A stretch of DNA of 47,237 nucleotides from positions 1 through 47,237 of the forward strand of contig JBGOZE010000002.1 of assembly GCA_041479965.1 (NCBI GenBank). The letters run 5' to 3'. The position numbers and the translations under genes are program-made. Positions 42,864 to 47,237 of this stretch are shown in pieces; the stretch's first letter is position 1, and each line of letters starts with the position of its first letter. The notes under the pieces were generated by a model. That model saw nothing but the letters and a program-made list of their open reading frames with translations, was not told where the DNA came from and searched no databases. Source of the DNA: Candidatus Nanoarchaeia archaeon (GTDB lineage: Archaea; Nanobdellota; Nanobdellia; Woesearchaeales; SM23-78).

Positions 42864-43838
42864 CTACAACTGCTTGTTCTTCACATAATGCTCATATGTC
42901 AAGCGCACTCCGTCTTCTAAGCTAACTTTTGACTCATAGCCAAAATCCTTTTTTGCATTCTGGTTGGAAGCAATCCAGAAATCAGGCTCTGACAATCTTA
43001 TCTTCTGCACATTAAGCAATGAACAACTGCCTGAAAGGTGTGCATAGGCGTCTCCTGCATATGAAAGCGCCTTAATGAAAAGAAAAGGTATGCTGATGCT
43101 CAATGGCTTTTTGTCCATGGCTTTGAAGATGGCCTCATGCATTTGCTGCCAACTGACAGACTCATCATTGCACATGAAATAAGTCCTTGCTATGGTCGTA
43201 TCAGAAAGAGAAGCAGCAATCATACCATCTACCAAGTCATCAATGTAAATCAAAGACATGTATTTCTTCTTATTGCCAGCATAGATGTTCATGCCTGACT
43301 TGACCATCTTGAAGATATTCAGGAAATCAGGGTCTCCAGGGCCATAAACACTGCTGGGACGGACAATAGTGCATGGCAGAATTGAGTGATAGCCTTTCAC
43401 TGCCTGCTCTGCCATCCATTTGCTCTCGCCATAATACTCCACAGGGTTTTCTTCTTCTGACTCTGTCCTGTAGTGCTGCCTGCTTTTTGACGGGCCTGCT
43501 GCTGCCTGGGAGGATGCGAAGACAAATCTTTTCAGATTAAGGCTTTTTTGTTTCAAAGCATTGAGCAGGTTCTCTGTAGGCACAACATTGGCGTTATAGA
43601 AATGGCTGAAAGATACTTCTTTTGTGACGCCTGCTATGTGGAATGCGTAATCAACATTCTTGCAAGCCTCGCAATCAACAAGAGTCTGGGCATCAGAGTA
43701 ATCCACCAGGTGCTCGCCTGTTCTCAAAGCTCCTTCTCTCTTGAGGCTTACAATCTCAGCATCGCTGAACTGCTTCTGCAATGATTTCTTCAGGTTCTTT
43801 CCGATGAAGCCGCTGGAGCCTGTCAATAGTATCTTCAT
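42864..43838 (-). CDS. NAD-dependent epimerase/dehydratase (extended SDR)
   Basis: N-terminal LLTGSSGFIGKNL and catalytic YGESK. Confidence 0.85.
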   Translation of the reverse strand: MKILLTGSSGFIGKNLKKSLQKQFSDAEIVSLKREGALRTGEHLVDYSDAQTLVDCEACKNVDYAFHIAGVTKEVSFSHFYNANVVPTENLLNALKQKSLNLKRFVFASSQAAAGPSKSRQHYRTESEEENPVEYYGESKWMAEQAVKGYHSILPCTIVRPSSVYGPGDPDFLNIFKMVKSGMNIYAGNKKKYMSLIYIDDLVDGMIAASLSDTTIARTYFMCNDESVSWQQMHEAIFKAMDKKPLSISIPFLFIKALSYAGDAYAHLSGSCSLLNVQKIRLSEPDFWIASNQNAKKDFGYESKVSLEDGVRLTYEHYVKNKQL

Positions 43839-43910
43839 TGAGAGGAGAAAACTAGCTTTAAATTTAAATTATGTGTTTGGAAAAGAAAAATAATGGAAAA
43901 AAAGGAAAGA

Positions 43911-44828
43911 TTATTTTCTCTTCTTGACTTTCTTTATGTCTTTCTCAAGCTTCAGCTCTTCCAGGAGTTCCTTGTACCTGTTCCTGATGGTGACTTCTGT
44001 GACTCCGGCGACATCTGCGACTTCTCTCTGAGTCCTTTTCTCACCGTTGATGAGAGCTGCGACGTAAAGCGCTGCTGCTGCTATGCCTGTCGGCCCTCTG
44101 CCTGAAGTCAATTCGACGTTCTGGGCTGACTCGATTATCTCGACAGCTTTGCTCTGGGTCTCTGCGTTGAGCTTTAGGCTTGAGGCGAATCTTGGAATAT
44201 AATCCGCAGGGTTGCTGGGCAGTATCTTGATGCCTAGCTCTCGCGTGATGAACCTGTAAGTCCTTCCTATCTCTTTCTTCTCGATGTTGGAAGCTTCTCC
44301 GAGCTCATCAAGAGTCCTGGGAACGTCATGCCTTCTGCAGGCAGCGTAAAGCGCTCCTGCGACTACTGACTCCATGCTTCTTCCCCTGACTAGCCCTTTC
44401 TGCACAGCAAGTGTGTAGATCCTTGCAGCTTCCTCCTCGACGCTGCTGGGTAGCTTGAGATAGGAGCTCACTCTCTTGAGCTCTGACAATGCCAGCTTGA
44501 GGTTCCTCTCGATGGCTGTGCTTATTCTCTGCTGCCATTTCCTCAACCTGAAGAACTTGCTCTTGGCCTTGCTCCCTAATTGGTATAAGTCTGATTTTTT
44601 GCCTACGTCCGTCCCCAGTCCTTGGTCGAAATGAGTGTAGCTCATGGGCGCTCCTGTCCTTCGCATCTTCTCTGCGTCTTCTCCGTCGAACTCCCTCCAT
44701 TCCTGGTCAAAGTCGACCATCTTGTCCTCTACGACAAGACCGCAGTCTCTGCAGATGATCTCTCCTTTCTCCTTGTTCCAGAACAAGTTTATTCCGCCGC
44801 ACTCAGGACATTTCTTGACAAAAGTCAT
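43911..44828 (-). CDS. tfb: transcription initiation factor IIB (TFB)
   Basis: N-terminal zinc ribbon CPECGG...CRDCG, a B-reader/linker, two cyclin-like repeats and a C-terminal HTH (VADVAGVTEVTIRNRYKEL). Confidence 0.95.
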   Translation of the reverse strand: MTFVKKCPECGGINLFWNKEKGEIICRDCGLVVEDKMVDFDQEWREFDGEDAEKMRRTGAPMSYTHFDQGLGTDVGKKSDLYQLGSKAKSKFFRLRKWQQRISTAIERNLKLALSELKRVSSYLKLPSSVEEEAARIYTLAVQKGLVRGRSMESVVAGALYAACRRHDVPRTLDELGEASNIEKKEIGRTYRFITRELGIKILPSNPADYIPRFASSLKLNAETQSKAVEIIESAQNVELTSGRGPTGIAAAALYVAALINGEKRTQREVADVAGVTEVTIRNRYKELLEELKLEKDIKKVKKRK

Positions 44829-45104
44829 TCTGCTCCCCCCATTGAAGATGATGTTAACTTATTAAGCCCCCGGACCTAACAAATAACTTTATAAAGTGGA
44901 AAAAAGGAAGGTTTAAAAATCTTTCGCTTGTAATCGTCTAAGGCTGAGAAATGCTTTTTCTTGCAACCGATTAGGGAAAAATATAAAAACTTGCTAATCT
45001 GAAATAGAAAGTATTAAAAAGCCAAAATGAATAGTCACAAAAAGGATATTTCAAAAAAGAGGGGAAAGCCTTCTCTGAGGGTTTCTCATTCACGGGAAGA
45101 GGAG

Positions 45105-45521
45105 ATGGAAAGAGGGCAGATTTGGAGTGTTGATGTCTTGTTAGCTGTCATCATATTCGTTTCAGTAATACTGATATTCTACGTCGCCATGACTTCCAAT
45201 CAGAAGCCTAACATACAGGACTTGGAAGCAGAGGCTGAGAACATCAAGGTGGAGATTGAGCAGAACCACGAGATAGGGTTCATCACCAATGATGAGGTGG
45301 ACATGTCCAAGTTCCTGGCCTTCAGAGACAATGTAACAGTAGACTACAATGCCATGAAGCAGAAGATGGGAGTGAAAGGAGATTTCTGCCTGTTCTATGA
45401 GGACGAAGGCTATGTGGTCATCATCCCAACTTCAGATGGCAACAAGACTGTAGGCATAGGCAGCTCCAACATATCCATAGGTGGCCAGCCCTGCGGCTTA
45501 CCCATCCCAGTTATCCCATAA
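45105..45521 (+). CDS. archaeal type IV pilin-like protein (class III signal peptide)
   Basis: MERGQ-IWSVDVLLAVIIFVSVILIFYVAM has a basic residue, Gly, then a hydrophobic helix, which is typical of prepilin-peptidase substrates. ATG 45105 is preceded by GGAAGAGGAG. The track starts at 45027. Confidence 0.5.
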   Translation: MERGQIWSVDVLLAVIIFVSVILIFYVAMTSNQKPNIQDLEAEAENIKVEIEQNHEIGFITNDEVDMSKFLAFRDNVTVDYNAMKQKMGVKGDFCLFYEDEGYVVIIPTSDGNKTVGIGSSNISIGGQPCGLPIPVIP

Positions 45522-45560
45522 TTAAAAATATTTATAAACAAGCCCTTCTTGGAATCAGTT

Positions 45561-46037
45561 ATGCTCTTAACCTATTTTTTGCTATTGCTCATAGTTTTCA
45601 TAGGAGTGTTTGTCGGGCTTTTGATAAGCTATTTTTCCAAGGAAGAGCTAAAGCCAGGCTTCCAGTACATCAATGCCCTGCGCCACATGATATTCCTGGT
45701 TATAATCGTGCTATTCTTCATCTACAATCCAGATTGGGTGTTTGCAGTAATAATAGGAGCTATCATACTCCTCTTCAGCTTCCACAAGCACAGAGAGACA
45801 CTATACTATTACGCCCTTGCGCTCTTCTTCTTCCTATCATGGAAGTACAATGGCTTTGGCTTGATATCTCAGCTAATCTTCCTTTACGGAATAACTCTCG
45901 GAAGCATCTATCTCCACGCTCACATGAAAGAAAAAATCAAGAAGGTGATTCTCGGAGCATTCTACAGGTACGCAGGCTTCCTCATATGCGGAGTTGCCCT
46001 TGTGATTTTCTTATCATTGCTAGGACTAATTTTATAA
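45561..46037 (+). CDS. polytopic membrane protein, function unknown
   Basis: About 5 TM helices. ATG 45561 lies about 25-30 nt downstream of TATA ATATTTATAAAC. The track starts at TTG 45549. Confidence 0.5.
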   Translation: MLLTYFLLLLIVFIGVFVGLLISYFSKEELKPGFQYINALRHMIFLVIIVLFFIYNPDWVFAVIIGAIILLFSFHKHRETLYYYALALFFFLSWKYNGFGLISQLIFLYGITLGSIYLHAHMKEKIKKVILGAFYRYAGFLICGVALVIFLSLLGLIL

Positions 46038-46061
46038 GCAGGCAAAAATTATCTTTCTATC

Positions 46062-46793
46062 ATGAAGCGGGTCATCACCAAGGACAGCAGCATCACCTTC
46101 TACAATGAGGAATACGGCGAGACCTATCATTCAGTCACAGGAGCTGTGGAGGAAGCTTTCAGGAAGTTCGCGGAGCCAGCGCTTATAGCTACCAAAGGCA
46201 AGAGCCATGTCAGAATCCTCGATGTGTGCTTTGGTCTGGGATACAATTCAGCAGCTGCAATTGATGAGATTCTCAAGCAGAATATAAATTGCGAAATCAC
46301 CATTGTCGGCTTGGAAAAGGATGAGAAGGTACTTGAGCAGATAAAAAATCTGGAGCCGATGATAATCAGCTATCCCGTAATAAAAGACATGATTGAGCAC
46401 AACTACAAGTACGACCGGAACGGCATAAAGATTGACCTATTGATCGGCGACGCCTTGGAAACAATAAAGCAGGTCAGCAAGGAAGTGAAAAAATCCAAGG
46501 AAAAAATCGACAGTTTCAATAAGAAACTTCAAAAACAAGGTGTTTTTGACATCATCTTCCTGGACCCTTTCAGCCCAAAGAAGAATCCTGAGCTATGGAC
46601 AGAAGAATTCTTCAGAGAACTAAGAAAATTAATAAAGCCAGACGGCATACTCACAACCTATTCCTGCGCAGGACAAGTGAGGAGAAACCTCAAAGCAGCA
46701 GGATTCACAGCCAAGGACGGGCCATGCGTAGGCAGGAGAAGCCCGTCAACAATAGCATTTCCGCAACAATTATTAGTAAGTGGGACTAAGTGA
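46062..46793 (+). CDS. MnmC-type SAM-dependent methyltransferase domain protein (Methyltransf_30-like)
   Basis: ITFYNEEYGETYHS, ILDVCFGLGYNSAAAI and DIIFLDPFSPKKNPELWTEEFFREL...DGILTTYSCAGQVRRNLKAAGF. Confidence 0.75.
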   Translation: MKRVITKDSSITFYNEEYGETYHSVTGAVEEAFRKFAEPALIATKGKSHVRILDVCFGLGYNSAAAIDEILKQNINCEITIVGLEKDEKVLEQIKNLEPMIISYPVIKDMIEHNYKYDRNGIKIDLLIGDALETIKQVSKEVKKSKEKIDSFNKKLQKQGVFDIIFLDPFSPKKNPELWTEEFFRELRKLIKPDGILTTYSCAGQVRRNLKAAGFTAKDGPCVGRRSPSTIAFPQQLLVSGTK

Positions 46794-46888
46794 GCGTAGC
46801 GAACGCATGTCGCACACCTTCAAACGAAGCAGATCTTCGTTGTCCCAAAAGCAAAAGCTTTTGTGATACCAGATTTTGTGAAATCTGT

Positions 46889-46962
46889 GCCCCTGTGGTA
46901 TAGCTTGGATAGCATGAGAGCTTGCGGAGCTTTAGACCTGGGTTCAAATCCCAGCGGGGGCG
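46889..46962 (+). tRNA. tRNA-Arg(GCG), intron-less
   Basis: GCCCCTG-TG-GTAT-AGCTTGGATA-GCAT-G-AGAGC-TTGCGGA-GCTTT-AGAC-CTGGG-TTCAAAT-CCCAG-CGGGGGC-G, 74 nt. There is one A:C mismatch in the D-stem. Confidence 0.8.
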
Positions 46963-47021
46963 TTTTCACGAAGTGAAATAAGCAACTGCTGGCTCAAAAA
47001 CAGTCAAGTGTTTTTGCCTGT

Positions 47022-47037
47022 CAGCAGGGGCGTTTTC
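47022..47037 (+). repeat. pseudo-copy of the tRNA-Arg 3' end
   Basis: CAGCAGGGGCGTTTTC against CAGCGGGGGCGTTTTC at 46952-46967. One mismatch, same orientation, 70 nt downstream. Confidence 0.65.
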
Positions 47038-47068
47038 GCGCAGTAGAATAAACCATTATGGAAAATTC

Positions 47069-47237
47069 TTAAATAACCTTCTCCAGCGCATCCAGGATTT
47101 TATAATCTCCTGGGAACATTTTTAGCTTTCTTGCTTCAGGTATTGATAATAATCTCATTCCAGCCCCTTCTTTGACTGTGAATAGCTTCAGATTATTCTT
47201 AATGGGGGCTACAAACACATATTCGATAACTCTCAAT
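47069..47237 (-). CDS. C-terminal fragment of an unidentified protein (gene enters from the right edge); weak resemblance to the C-terminus of DNA C5-methyltransferases
   Basis: Open frame ...IEYVFVAPIKNNLKLFTVKEGAGMRLLSIPEARKLKMFPGDYKILDALEKVI-stop. The R-L-L-S-x-x-E-A-x-x-L-x-x-F-P-x-D-Y string is reminiscent of the RxLTxxExxRLQxFPDxY block. This is very tentative. Confidence 0.3.
   Translation of the reverse strand, partial: LRVIEYVFVAPIKNNLKLFTVKEGAGMRLLSIPEARKLKMFPGDYKILDALEKVI

Overview
This 47.2 kb window looks like an AT-rich archaeal contig, probably from a small-genome DPANN-like lineage. The evidence is a TFB gene, archaeal SepF, a ZPR1-type zinc finger, an archaeal-type MiaB-like methylthiotransferase, TATA boxes about 25-30 nt upstream of mostly leaderless starts, and intron-containing tRNA genes. 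I call about 50 protein genes and 5 tRNA genes (Asp, Tyr, Pro, Gln, Arg). I found no rRNA, no CRISPR array and no recognisable integrase or transposase.

Housekeeping genes are mostly in the right half:
- bacterial-type metK
- PGI/PMI
- MiaB-like methylthiotransferase
- sugar nucleotidyltransferase
- a minimal MGMT
- an epimerase
- an MnmC-like methyltransferase
- a Rad50-like ATPase

The left and middle part (about 6.6-24.3 kb) is accessory-like and almost entirely on the minus strand:
- a Fic protein
- orphan paralogues
- a roughly 2,000 aa cysteine-rich secreted giant
- paralogous anchored surface proteins
- a minimal K+ channel

Observations most worth a second look:
1. Three of the five tRNA genes carry two introns each, at non-canonical D-loop or T-arm positions. 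The T-arm introns are homologous to each other, including a 35-nt block that is identical in tRNA-Tyr and tRNA-Pro.
2. The GC-rich 3' end of tRNA-Tyr recurs five more times downstream. All copies are intergenic and in the same orientation, and they cut 13 kb into accessory-gene cassettes. tRNA-Gln and tRNA-Arg show the same kind of downstream 3'-end pseudo-copies. I read this as serial site-specific integration, or a cassette array.
3. An orphan HslV/proteasome-beta-like Ntn-hydrolase lies next to a short Rad50-like ATPase and a radical-SAM protein with an expanded C-x10-C-x2-C cluster motif.
4. The giant adhesin-like protein is built from TSP3-like, MopE-like and myxococcal-type cysteine repeats.
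5. A surface-protein gene is split by a single in-frame TAG.

All family assignments come from motif reading by eye and need a database or structure search to confirm.
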